The translations under genes were made by a program, and so were the position numbers. Below the pieces are notes generated by a model. It was given only the letters and a program-made list of their open reading frames with translations. It ran no database searches and had not been told where the DNA came from. This document shows positions 38,352 through 47,367 of a stretch of DNA of 64,000 nt, in pieces. This stretch comes from a virus (lineage: Duplodnaviria; Heunggongvirae; Uroviricota; Caudoviricetes): positions 17,157 to 81,156 of IMG/VR virus record IMGVR_UViG_3300043447_000028, one strand, 5' to 3'. Numbering within the stretch: position 1 is the first letter of the stretch; the number at the start of each line of letters is the position of its first letter.

Positions 38352-39928
38352 TGGCAGAAAATTATAATTCGAATGCAAACTTAAAGGCAGCTGGGGTTCA
38401 GGTACAGTTTACACCTGAACAGGTTCAAGAGTATATTAAATGCTCTCAAGACCCTATCTACTTTATTGAAAATTATTGCTATATCGTTTCTCTTGACCAT
38501 GGCTTGATTAAGTTCGCCTTATATGATTGTCAAAAGAACAAGATCAATGTCATCCATAATAATCGTCGTGTTATTCTTATGGAAGGACGTCAACAGGGTA
38601 AGACGACTACGTCTGCTGCTTATATTCTTTGGTACACCCTATTCCAATCAAATAAGAACGTGGCTATCTTGGCTAACAAAGCCACTGCTGCTCGTGAAGT
38701 TTTGGATCGTTACCAGACTATGTACGAGGCTCTTCCAATGTGGCTCCAGCAAGGTGTTACGACTTGGAACAAAGGTGACATCGAATTAGAGAACGGGTCT
38801 AAGGTATTCACTGCAGCGACATCTGCCTCTGGTATTCGTGGTAAGTCTGTAAACTTATTGTACGTTGACGAAGCTGCGATTATTCCAAACACTGTTGCTG
38901 AACAGTTCTTCACGTCTGTTTACCCTACTATTTCTGCGGGTCAAACAACAAAGATTCTTTTATCTTCTACACCACTCGGTTACAATCACTTCTGGAAGTT
39001 CTGGAATGATGCTGAGAATGGTCGTAACGGATTCGTACCACTATTCATTCCTTATTGGGAAATTCCAGGTCGTGATGAGAAGTGGGCTGCTGAACAGAAA
39101 GCTATGCTCGGTGAACTCAAGTACAATCAAGAGGTTGTATGTAAGTTCTTGGGTTCTAGCTTAACATTGGTTAATGCCGATGTTATCGCTAAGATGTCTG
39201 TAGACCCAATCATCTATCAGAAAGATGGTCTAGACATTTATACTCGCCCTTCTGCTGGGCATACATATTGTATTATTGCTGACGTCGCTAAGGGTGTTGG
39301 TGGAGACCACTCTGCCTTCCAAATTATCGATATCACAGAAGTGCCTTACCGTATTGTCGGTAAGTATAGAAATAATGAGATTAGTCCTCTGCTGTATCCT
39401 AACGTGTTATACAAAGTTGGTAAGGAATACAACGAGGCTTATATCTTAATTGAAACTAACATTAGTGAACAGGTTGCTCACATCCTTTATAGTGAACTCG
39501 AATATGAGAACATTTTAATGGTTAACCGTCATACTAATGGACAGTATATCGGTGGTGGCTTCGGTGGAGGTAAGACTCAGCTGGGTGTTAATACTGATAA
39601 GAAGGTCAAACGCATTGGATGTCACAACTTCAAGGCGATGGTCGAAGAAAATAAGCTGATTGTCAACGATGCTGATACGATCTCCGAGATCTCTACTTTC
39701 ATTGAGGTTAAAGGTTCATATGCAGCAGACGAAGGTTATCACGATGATTTGGTAATGCCGTTGGTTCTCTTTGGTTGGGTTACAACTCAGCCTTATTTCA
39801 AAGAGCTAAATAATGTAAACCTCCGAGAGATTATGTATAAGAAACAGATGCAAGCTATCGAAGAGGAACTGACGCCATTCGGATTCTATGATAATGGAAA
39901 CGGCGATGCCGAGCCTTTGAATTTCTGA
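38351..39928 (+). CDS. gp17: terminase large subunit gp17
   Basis: 525 aa. GRQQGKTTTSAAYILWY (Walker A), LLYVDEAAIIP (Walker B), and LDRYQTMYEALPMWLQQGVTTWNKGDIELENGS aligning with T4 gp17 [33 protein letters not shown]. Starts at the gp15 stop (TAATG). Confidence 0.85.
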   Translation: MAENYNSNANLKAAGVQVQFTPEQVQEYIKCSQDPIYFIENYCYIVSLDHGLIKFALYDCQKNKINVIHNNRRVILMEGRQQGKTTTSAAYILWYTLFQSNKNVAILANKATAAREVLDRYQTMYEALPMWLQQGVTTWNKGDIELENGSKVFTAATSASGIRGKSVNLLYVDEAAIIPNTVAEQFFTSVYPTISAGQTTKILLSSTPLGYNHFWKFWNDAENGRNGFVPLFIPYWEIPGRDEKWAAEQKAMLGELKYNQEVVCKFLGSSLTLVNADVIAKMSVDPIIYQKDGLDIYTRPSAGHTYCIIADVAKGVGGDHSAFQIIDITEVPYRIVGKYRNNEISPLLYPNVLYKVGKEYNEAYILIETNISEQVAHILYSELEYENILMVNRHTNGQYIGGGFGGGKTQLGVNTDKKVKRIGCHNFKAMVEENKLIVNDADTISEISTFIEVKGSYAADEGYHDDLVMPLVLFGWVTTQPYFKELNNVNLREIMYKKQMQAIEEELTPFGFYDNGNGDAEPLNF

Positions 39929-39946
39929 GTTGAAAACTTGTAAAAA

Positions 39947-39953
39947 CTAAATA
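39947..39953 (+). promoter_or_regulatory. late promoter candidate (CTAAATAAAA) for the sheath gene
   Basis: CTAAATA about 55 nt upstream of the gp18 ATG, in an 80-nt intergenic gap. Confidence 0.4.
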
Positions 39954-40008
39954 AAATGTAGACACGATTTTCTGTCTAAAGTAAAACTTATTAACAAGGA
40001 GAATTACA

Positions 40009-42177
40009 ATGCCTTTCCAATTATCTCCAGGCGTTGCAGTCGTAGAAAAAGATTTTTCATCAATCGTTCCAGCCGTGTCTAGCTCACGTGGAGCTTTTGC
40101 TGGTGCGTTTGCTTGGGGTCCAGTTTTGGCTCCTACATCTGTTACTTCCGAGAACGAATTAGTTCGTCTATTCGGTAAGCCACAAGACGCTAATGCCCAA
40201 GCCTTTTTTACTGCAGCGAACTTCCTGTCTTATACTAATAGCCTTTTGATCAGCCGTGCTGACACTGGCACTCAACGCAACGCTGTTGCTATCCAAACTG
40301 GTACTGTTACTGGTATCACTATGGGCAATAATGGTTCTGGATACACTTCTGTTCCAGCAGTTTCTATTGGTGCACCTAATGACGCTAACGGTATCCAAGC
40401 TACTGCTACTGCTCGTTTGTCAGGTGGTGGTGTTACTGGTGTAACAGTTTCTGCTGGTGGATCTGGTTATTCTTCTGGTTCTACTGTAACATTCTCTGCG
40501 CCTCAAGTTGCAGGTGGTGTTGCTGCTACTGCTGAAGTCACAGTTAGTGGTGGTGCTATTACTGCTGTGGTTATTCTAACTGCTGGTTCTGGTTATACAT
40601 CTGCTCCAACTGTTACAATTTCTGGTGGAACAGGTTTTGTTGCTGGTACAGTAACAATTTCTTCTTCTACTGTAACAGGTATCACTATCACTCAAGCTGG
40701 TACTGGTTATTCTTCTGCTCCAGCAATCACTATCGCTGCTCCAGTTTCTGGTGTAACTGCTACTGCTACATCTGCAGTAACTGTTGGTGGTGTTAAAATT
40801 AATAACAGTGATGTTTACTTGCAATCTTTCTCTAGCGGAGAAGGTGTTAACGGTGAATGGGCTGCTCGTTTCCCAGGTGCTTTGGGTAACTCTTTAACTG
40901 TTTCTATGGCTGACAGTGCATCATTTGCTGCTTGGACATATAAAGCAAACTTTGATTCTGCTCCATCTACTTCTTCTTACACTGATCAGTTAAATGGATC
41001 TGGTGATGAACTACATGTAGTTGTTATTGATGACAATGGATTGTGGACTGGTGTACCAGGAACTGTTCTAGAAAAGTTCGCTTTCCTTTCTAAAGCATCT
41101 GATGCTAAGAAATCTGATGGTACAAATAACTACTACAAAGATGCTATCAATGCTGGTTCTGAATACATCTATTGGATGGATCACACTAGCTCAGCAACTA
41201 ACTGGGGTACTACTGCTGCTGGTAAAACATTCGATCCATTAAATACTGCCGTTACTCGTGCATTGTCTGGTGGTGTTGATAATTTAACAGCTACTGATGG
41301 ACAATTACAAACTGCATACTCTTTGTTTGCTGACGATGCTCAATATGACATCTCTCTAATCCCAATGGGTAAGGCTTCTTCTACTGTTGTTAACTATGTT
41401 ATCAGCAACGTGGCTGAAGTTCGTTTAGACTGCGTAGTATTCGCTTCTGCCCAAGATACTTCTACTGGTGATCCAATTATCGGTACTGGTTCTAATGCTA
41501 CAGACGCAATCGTCGAATACCGTAATGCATTGCCATCTACATCTTACGCTGTTCTTGACTCTGGCTACAAGTATCAATACGATCGTTACAACGACAAATA
41601 TCGTTGGATCCCATTGAACGGCGATACTGCTGGTATGTGTGCTCGTACTGACTACACAAATGACCCATGGTTCTCTCCATCTGGTCTAAATCGTGGACAA
41701 GTTAAGAACGTAGTTAAGTTGGCTCACAACCCAACTAAAGCAGATCGTGATATTCTTTACAAAGCTGGTGTTAACCCAGTTGTTACATTCCCAGGCGAAG
41801 GTACTGTTCTATTCGGTGACAAGACATTGTTGGCTAAGCCATCTGCGTTCGATCGTATCAACGTGCGTCGTTTGTTCATCGTTATGGAAAAAGCTATCGC
41901 TACTGCTGCTAAGTATCAATTGTTCGAATTCAACGATCCGTTCACTCGTGCTCAGTTCAAGAACTTGATCGAGCCATTCCTACGTGATATTCAAGGTCGT
42001 CGTGGTATTACTGATTTCGCTGTTAAGTGCGATGAGTCTAACAACACTGGTCAAGTAATTGACTCTAACAACTTTGTTGCTGACATCTTCGTTAAGCCAA
42101 ACCGTTCTATCAACTTTATTACTCTAAACTTCGTAGCTGCTCGTTCTAGCATCAGCTTCACTGAGTTGGGTGCGTAA
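40009..42177 (+). CDS. gp18: tail sheath protein gp18 with internal array of GSGY(T/S)S...GG modules
   Basis: 722 aa. N-terminus MPFQLSPGVAVVEKDFSS...FAWGPV...LVRLFGKP...FFTAANFLSYTNSLLISRA aligns with T4 gp18. Residues ~100-260 contain 4 copies of xGSGYTSxPxVxIxxP/GG inserted relative to T4. Confidence 0.9.
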   Translation: MPFQLSPGVAVVEKDFSSIVPAVSSSRGAFAGAFAWGPVLAPTSVTSENELVRLFGKPQDANAQAFFTAANFLSYTNSLLISRADTGTQRNAVAIQTGTVTGITMGNNGSGYTSVPAVSIGAPNDANGIQATATARLSGGGVTGVTVSAGGSGYSSGSTVTFSAPQVAGGVAATAEVTVSGGAITAVVILTAGSGYTSAPTVTISGGTGFVAGTVTISSSTVTGITITQAGTGYSSAPAITIAAPVSGVTATATSAVTVGGVKINNSDVYLQSFSSGEGVNGEWAARFPGALGNSLTVSMADSASFAAWTYKANFDSAPSTSSYTDQLNGSGDELHVVVIDDNGLWTGVPGTVLEKFAFLSKASDAKKSDGTNNYYKDAINAGSEYIYWMDHTSSATNWGTTAAGKTFDPLNTAVTRALSGGVDNLTATDGQLQTAYSLFADDAQYDISLIPMGKASSTVVNYVISNVAEVRLDCVVFASAQDTSTGDPIIGTGSNATDAIVEYRNALPSTSYAVLDSGYKYQYDRYNDKYRWIPLNGDTAGMCARTDYTNDPWFSPSGLNRGQVKNVVKLAHNPTKADRDILYKAGVNPVVTFPGEGTVLFGDKTLLAKPSAFDRINVRRLFIVMEKAIATAAKYQLFEFNDPFTRAQFKNLIEPFLRDIQGRRGITDFAVKCDESNNTGQVIDSNNFVADIFVKPNRSINFITLNFVAARSSISFTELGA

Positions 42178-42183
42178 TTAGAG

Positions 42184-42191
42184 AATAAATA
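42184..42191 (+). promoter_or_regulatory. late promoter candidate (AATAAATA) for the tube gene
   Basis: One mismatch to TATAAATA, about 22 nt upstream of the gp19 ATG, followed by RBS AAGGAGAA. Confidence 0.4.
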
Positions 42192-42212
42192 AGAAAGAAT
42201 AAGGAGAATTAA

Positions 42213-42800
42213 ATGGCAAATATTGCTGATTTTAAGTCACAAATGATTGGTGGGGGCGCTCGCCCTAACCAATTCCGTGCTGAACTAACATTCCCATCCT
42301 TCGTTACATTGGGTGCGGTAGCTGGACAACGTGCACAGTTCTTGTGTAAAGCTGCTCAACTACCAGCGTCAACTATCGAGACTATTCCAGTCTTGTTTAA
42401 GGGACGCCCAGTTAACTTCGCTGGTGAACGTACATTCCAACCATGGACTGTAACAATTTACAACGATACTACTTTCGGTATCCGTAATGCTTTGGAACAA
42501 TGGCAATCTGGTATCCAGAACTATGACACTACTAATGGTCGTGTTAATCCTTCTGACTATCAAGTTGACTTGTCTATCCACCAACTAGATCGTAATGGTG
42601 CAATCATCAAGACTTATAAGTTCGTTGATGCTTTCCCAACATCTATCGGTGCTATCGGTTTAGACTACGAACAACAGAACGCAATTGAACAGTTTGATGT
42701 AGAGTTTACATACAACTTCTTCACTTCTGCTACTGGTGCTTCTTCTGGCTTCGGCGTTAATGTTAGCGTTGATACTCCAGTTGGTTCTATCCCTCTCTAA
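42213..42800 (+). CDS. gp19: tail tube protein gp19
   Basis: 195 aa, directly after the sheath gene; tube-family motifs; strong RBS. Confidence 0.85.
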   Translation: MANIADFKSQMIGGGARPNQFRAELTFPSFVTLGAVAGQRAQFLCKAAQLPASTIETIPVLFKGRPVNFAGERTFQPWTVTIYNDTTFGIRNALEQWQSGIQNYDTTNGRVNPSDYQVDLSIHQLDRNGAIIKTYKFVDAFPTSIGAIGLDYEQQNAIEQFDVEFTYNFFTSATGASSGFGVNVSVDTPVGSIPL

Positions 42801-42818
42801 TAAACTGAAGGTTATATA

Positions 42819-44417
42819 ATGCAATTATTTGGGTTTGAAATAAGCCGTAAAAAAGAAGTGCCTATTGGGAGCGTTGTCTCCCCTACGGCACAGGACGGTG
42901 CCACCGTAGTAAACACTGGTATTAATGCTGGTGGGTACTACGGTATGGTTATGGATTTGGATGGGGTCATTAAGAATGAGAATGACCTCCTTCGTCGTTA
43001 TCGTGAAGTCGCTCAATATAGCGACTGTGATTCAGCTATCGAAGACATTGTAAATGAAGCGATCATTGTTGATGAGAAGGGCAAATCAGTAAACATCAAT
43101 CTAGATGATGTTCAGATTTCAGAATCCATCAAGAAAAAGATGCGTGATGAGTTCAATAATGTATTGAAACTTATCAAACTAGATGATCGTGGTCACGACA
43201 TTTTCCGTACATGGTATGTCGATGGTCGTTTGTACTACCAGATCCTTTTGGACGAAAAGAATCCTAAGAATGGTATTGCAGAATTGCGTTACATTGATCC
43301 ACGCAAGATTCGTCGTATCAAGAACGTAATCAAAGAAAGAACACCAAAAGGTGTTGAAGTTATTAAACAGATCGAAGAATACTATCTGTTCAATGACAAA
43401 GGAATTACGGAGCAAACAACACAGGGCGTTAAACTCTCCCTAGACTCAGTTGTTTATGTTCCATCTGGTTATCTAGACGCTAACACAAGTATGATGTTGT
43501 CTTACTTGCACAAAGCAATTAAACCAGTAAACCAACTAAAGATGATCGAAGACTCAATGGTCATCTATCGTATTAGTCGTGCCCCTGAGCGTAGAATTTT
43601 CTACATTGATGTTGGTAACTTACCTAAGGTTAAAGCCGAACAGTATGTTACAGACATTATGAACAAGTTCCGTAATAAGATCGTTTACGATGCTACTACT
43701 GGTGAAGTTCGTGATGATCGTAAACATATGTCAATGATGGAAGACTTCTGGATGCCACGCCGTGAGGGTGGTAAGGGTACTGAGATTACTACACTTCCAG
43801 GTGGTCAGAATCTCGGCGACATTCAAGATATCGAATACTTCCAGAACAAATTGTTCCACGCATTGAACGTACCTGTTGGTCGTATGCAAGAACAACAAGG
43901 GTTCTCAATTGGACGTGCCACTGAAATCTCTCGTGATGAGATAAAGTTCCATAAGTTTATTGCACGTCTACGTAAGCGTTTCGCTAACTTTTTTACTGAT
44001 GCATTGCGTGTTCAGCTTATTGCCAAGAACATTATCCGTGCTGATGAGTGGGAAGATCTAAAGCAAGATATCCGTTATGACTTTGTTGAAGATAACCACT
44101 ATGCTGAACTAAAGGATAATGAAATCCTTATGGCTCGTCTTGGTGCTCTACAACAAATCGAACCATACATTGGTAAGTTCTACTCTATGCAGTGGATCAA
44201 GAAGAATGTTCTGTTCCAAGATGAAGAAGTCATCGAAGAAATGCAGAAACAAATGGATGATGAGGAAGAGTATCATATGGCAAATGCGCAGTTTGATGGC
44301 ACACTGGCTGCTGTTGGACAAGCTGCGACAGATAACTATATGGCTTACAATGCTCCACAGATGGATGATAATCAACCACCTGAACCTGAGCAAGAAGATA
44401 AACCGAAAGGAAAATGA
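42819..44417 (+). CDS. gp20: portal vertex protein gp20
   Basis: 532 aa; T4 gp20-like throughout (e.g. DDRGHDIFRTWYVDGRLYYQ, ISRAPERRIFYIDVGNLP); position after gp19. Confidence 0.85.
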   Translation: MQLFGFEISRKKEVPIGSVVSPTAQDGATVVNTGINAGGYYGMVMDLDGVIKNENDLLRRYREVAQYSDCDSAIEDIVNEAIIVDEKGKSVNINLDDVQISESIKKKMRDEFNNVLKLIKLDDRGHDIFRTWYVDGRLYYQILLDEKNPKNGIAELRYIDPRKIRRIKNVIKERTPKGVEVIKQIEEYYLFNDKGITEQTTQGVKLSLDSVVYVPSGYLDANTSMMLSYLHKAIKPVNQLKMIEDSMVIYRISRAPERRIFYIDVGNLPKVKAEQYVTDIMNKFRNKIVYDATTGEVRDDRKHMSMMEDFWMPRREGGKGTEITTLPGGQNLGDIQDIEYFQNKLFHALNVPVGRMQEQQGFSIGRATEISRDEIKFHKFIARLRKRFANFFTDALRVQLIAKNIIRADEWEDLKQDIRYDFVEDNHYAELKDNEILMARLGALQQIEPYIGKFYSMQWIKKNVLFQDEEVIEEMQKQMDDEEEYHMANAQFDGTLAAVGQAATDNYMAYNAPQMDDNQPPEPEQEDKPKGK

Positions 44418-44418
44418 A

Positions 44419-44634
44419 ATGAGTGAAACAGTTAAACAATTAGTAACAGCAATGTTGCAAAAAGACGCAATGGCTACTGAGACTGCATTCCAGTCTGCAA
44501 TGGCAGAAAAGATCTCTGCTAAACTAGACGATATGCGCTCTAGCGTCGCACAGTCTATGTTCAAGACTCCAGAAGCTGCTGTTGAAACTGCAGTAGAAGA
44601 ACCAGCTGCGTCTGTAGAAGTGGCTGCAGAATAA
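44419..44634 (+). CDS. small acidic prohead core protein (gp67-like)
   Basis: 71-aa ORF starting at ATG 44419 (2 nt after the portal stop, RBS AAAGGAAAA). Acidic, Ala/Glu-rich. T4 has gp67 at this position. Confidence 0.35.
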   Translation: MSETVKQLVTAMLQKDAMATETAFQSAMAEKISAKLDDMRSSVAQSMFKTPEAAVETAVEEPAASVEVAAE

Positions 44635-44635
44635 T

Positions 44636-45175
44636 ATGCGTTACTACGACTTAGCCAAACAACTAAGAACAGAAGGTGCTTCTAGCATCCGTTCATATGG
44701 GCATCTAATCGAAATGATTGAAGACCAAGTATTGGTTGACGGCGAGTCCACAGAATTTAAGTCTTTGGAAGAAGCAAGACAATACATCAAACAAGAATAC
44801 ACTGCGCAAAAGATAGAAGAACAAGTCTCTAAAGAACTATACGAGGAAATATCAGACGCTAAAGTCGCCAGTATTATCAAAGAATACCACGATGTTAAAG
44901 TCACAGATACGCTAATCGAAACATATATCCAACTTGCTTCTTCCAATATGTTCAGTGTTGACCCAGTTGTTCAAGACATTCGTGCTCTGAATAAACTTGA
45001 TAGAATTGTTGAAGGTAAACTGCATTATGTGCTTGCTGATGACAGCATTGTAGCAATTAGCGAGCAAACGCAACAACGCCTAAATAACTTATTAGGTAAT
45101 CAAACAGAGATTATTGAGTACATGAGAGAGTCAAAAGAGAACTTTCTATCTGTGCTTGAACAAATAGAGGAATAA
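44636..45175 (+). CDS. acidic prohead core/scaffold-associated protein (gp68-position)
   Basis: 179 aa, Glu-rich with coiled-coil-like segments, between the portal and the protease gene. Confidence 0.3.
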   Translation: MRYYDLAKQLRTEGASSIRSYGHLIEMIEDQVLVDGESTEFKSLEEARQYIKQEYTAQKIEEQVSKELYEEISDAKVASIIKEYHDVKVTDTLIETYIQLASSNMFSVDPVVQDIRALNKLDRIVEGKLHYVLADDSIVAISEQTQQRLNNLLGNQTEIIEYMRESKENFLSVLEQIEE

Positions 45176-45177
45176 AA

Positions 45178-45642
45178 ATGGCTGTCTTATTTACAACAGT
45201 TAAAAATACTAACCAAGAAGTTATCGTACACTTCGACACAGTTGCTGCAGAGAATGGTACATTAGCTCTTAACACACTAGGTGCTTCTACTCAAGCATTG
45301 ACATCTGGTGGCACACCAACAGTTAACATCGTTAAGTTTGTTTGTAACGGTGCGTTAGGTTCTGGTACTCGTATCGTTCGTAGCGGCAAGAACATTATTT
45401 CTTGCGCACCAGAAAACGGTATGCATATGGATCTAAACTCCATCGGTATTAGCGACAACACCAACAACACAGCAGATATCGTTGTATATAACGATGTAGC
45501 AAAACCAGTTACTGGTTATTTGGTTCTGCGTAAAGTTGCTGGTTGGGATACTAAGGTTGAAGAAACTACATACGGTGCATACGATGATCGTACTCGTGTT
45601 GGTGCTTCTACTACACTAGACGGTTCTCCAGATAAGGTCTAA
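45178..45642 (+). CDS. hypothetical head-module protein
   Basis: 154-aa ORF tightly packed between the prohead core genes and gp21. Confidence 0.3.
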   Translation: MAVLFTTVKNTNQEVIVHFDTVAAENGTLALNTLGASTQALTSGGTPTVNIVKFVCNGALGSGTRIVRSGKNIISCAPENGMHMDLNSIGISDNTNNTADIVVYNDVAKPVTGYLVLRKVAGWDTKVEETTYGAYDDRTRVGASTTLDGSPDKV

Positions 45643-45643
45643 T

Positions 45644-46297
45644 ATGAAACTTATTAAAGAAGTCTTCGAAACAACAAACCTAATCGTCGAAGAGAAATTA
45701 GGTAAAGGTAAGACATACTTTATTGAAGGTGTGTTCCTTCAATCAAACATTGTTAACCGCAACAAGCGCATGTACCAAGAAGGTATTATGGATCGTGAAG
45801 TTGGTCGTTACCTTAAAGAATCTGTTCAATCCAACCGTGCTTACGGTGAACTTGGACACCCAGATACTCCATCCATCAATTTGGATCGTGTGTCTCACTT
45901 GATCGTTGACCTTCGTAAAGAAGGTACTAACTGGATCGGTAAAGCAAAGATTTTAGAAACTCCAATGGGTCAAATTGCTAGAGGTCTTCTAGATGGTGGC
46001 GCAAACCTTGGCGTTTCTTCAAGAGCCATGGGTTCTCTCAAGATGAATAATGAGGGAATCAATATTGTTCAGGACGACTTTATGTTGTCTACTGCTGCTG
46101 ATATCGTAGCAGACCCATCTGCCCCAGATGCGTTTGTTCGTGGTATCATGGAGAACAAAGAGTGGATTTTTGTTGATGGAAAGTTTGTGGAACAAAATAT
46201 CGAAGAGGTAAGATCTTTCGTAAAGAAAACTTCTTCTAGAAATCTAGAGGAAGCAAAGATTCAGGCTTTCCAACACTTTCTGAGTAAAATCAGATAA
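45644..46297 (+). CDS. gp21: prohead protease gp21 (U9 peptidase family)
   Basis: 217 aa (T4 gp21 is 212 aa). YFIEGVFLQSNIVNRNKRMY...GELGHPDTPSINLDRVSHLI aligns with T4 gp21 YYIEGIFSKSGIKNRNGRVY...GEMNHPDSPKVNLDNVAVRI. Confidence 0.8.
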   Translation: MKLIKEVFETTNLIVEEKLGKGKTYFIEGVFLQSNIVNRNKRMYQEGIMDREVGRYLKESVQSNRAYGELGHPDTPSINLDRVSHLIVDLRKEGTNWIGKAKILETPMGQIARGLLDGGANLGVSSRAMGSLKMNNEGINIVQDDFMLSTAADIVADPSAPDAFVRGIMENKEWIFVDGKFVEQNIEEVRSFVKKTSSRNLEEAKIQAFQHFLSKIR

Positions 46298-46307
46298 ATA
46301 ATAAATA
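46294..46307 (+). promoter_or_regulatory. tandem late-promoter-like ATAAATA repeats upstream of the scaffold gene
   Basis: GATAAATAATAAATAAATAAC, 35-45 nt upstream of the gp22 ATG. Confidence 0.35.
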
Positions 46308-46340
46308 AATAACAGAACTATCCAGTTACAGGAGAAAACG

Positions 46341-47345
46341 ATGTCAATCGAACAAAAAATCGCCGAAATTTTGGCAGAATCTAAAAAGTTAAATGAAGCT
46401 AAGTTTGCTGGCGCAGAAGGTGGTAGCGATTCTACTACTGGCAATGCCGCTGCTGGCGATCAATCAGTTATTCGTCAAGGTGACGCTGTTCCAGCTCAAT
46501 CGCCAGAAGCTAATCCAGATAGCGCACGTAATAACAAAGACGAAGAAAAAGACGCTGAGAAAGCACCAGTTGGTACATCCAACCCAAAGAATGGTGACCA
46601 GTCTCCAGTACGCAAAGGCGCTACTAGCGTTAAAGAAGATATCGACGCACTTATGAATGGTGAAGAGCTTTCTGAAGACTTCAGAACTAAAGCTACTACT
46701 ATTTTCGAAGCTGCTGTCACTACACGTGTTGCTGAAGAAGTTGCACGTATCGAAGAAGAATTCGCAGCTAAACTTGCTGAGCAAGTTGAGCAGAATACAC
46801 AGGGAATTGTTGAACAAGTTGATGGATACCTTGGCTATATTGCCGAGCAGTGGATTGCACAGAATGAAATCGCCCTTGAGCGTGGTATGAAGTCTGAAAT
46901 CATGGAGAGTTTTATCCTTGGTATGAAAGACCTATTCGAAGAGCACTATGTTGAAATTCCAGAAGAGCGTTACGACGTTCTTGGTGAAATGGAAAACACT
47001 GTTGCTGAACTCGAAGCAAAACTAAACGAGCAAGTTGAAGCTAATGTAGCTCTTACTAAGAGCCTATCTGAAGCCAAACAAGCTGAGTTAGTAAAGTCTA
47101 TCTCTGAAGGCTTGACTGATACTGAACAAGAGAAATTCTTAGGTTTGGTTGAAGAATTGTCTTACGAAGACGCAGCGTCTTTCGAACAAAAACTAAAGAC
47201 TATCCGTGAAAACTACTTCACTACTAAAACAATTGCAGAGCAATCTGTAGTTACTGATGCACCAGTAGAAATGTTGGCGGAAACAGTTGCTGTTAAAGCA
47301 CTAGATCCAAAAATGTCTGCTTATCTATCAGTTCTCAACAAATAA
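46341..47345 (+). CDS. gp22: prohead core scaffold protein gp22
   Basis: 334 aa, very acidic, extended coiled-coil composition; position between gp21 and gp23. Confidence 0.65.
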   Translation: MSIEQKIAEILAESKKLNEAKFAGAEGGSDSTTGNAAAGDQSVIRQGDAVPAQSPEANPDSARNNKDEEKDAEKAPVGTSNPKNGDQSPVRKGATSVKEDIDALMNGEELSEDFRTKATTIFEAAVTTRVAEEVARIEEEFAAKLAEQVEQNTQGIVEQVDGYLGYIAEQWIAQNEIALERGMKSEIMESFILGMKDLFEEHYVEIPEERYDVLGEMENTVAELEAKLNEQVEANVALTKSLSEAKQAELVKSISEGLTDTEQEKFLGLVEELSYEDAASFEQKLKTIRENYFTTKTIAEQSVVTDAPVEMLAETVAVKALDPKMSAYLSVLNK

Positions 47346-47367
47346 TCAATCCTAAAGGAAAATAAAA

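Noticed and set aside
47341-47367. Late promoter directly upstream of gp23
   Set aside because: Only AACAAATAATC is present, with no CTAAATA/TATAAATA-like match. gp23 is more likely co-transcribed from the tandem ATAAATA motifs upstream of gp22.
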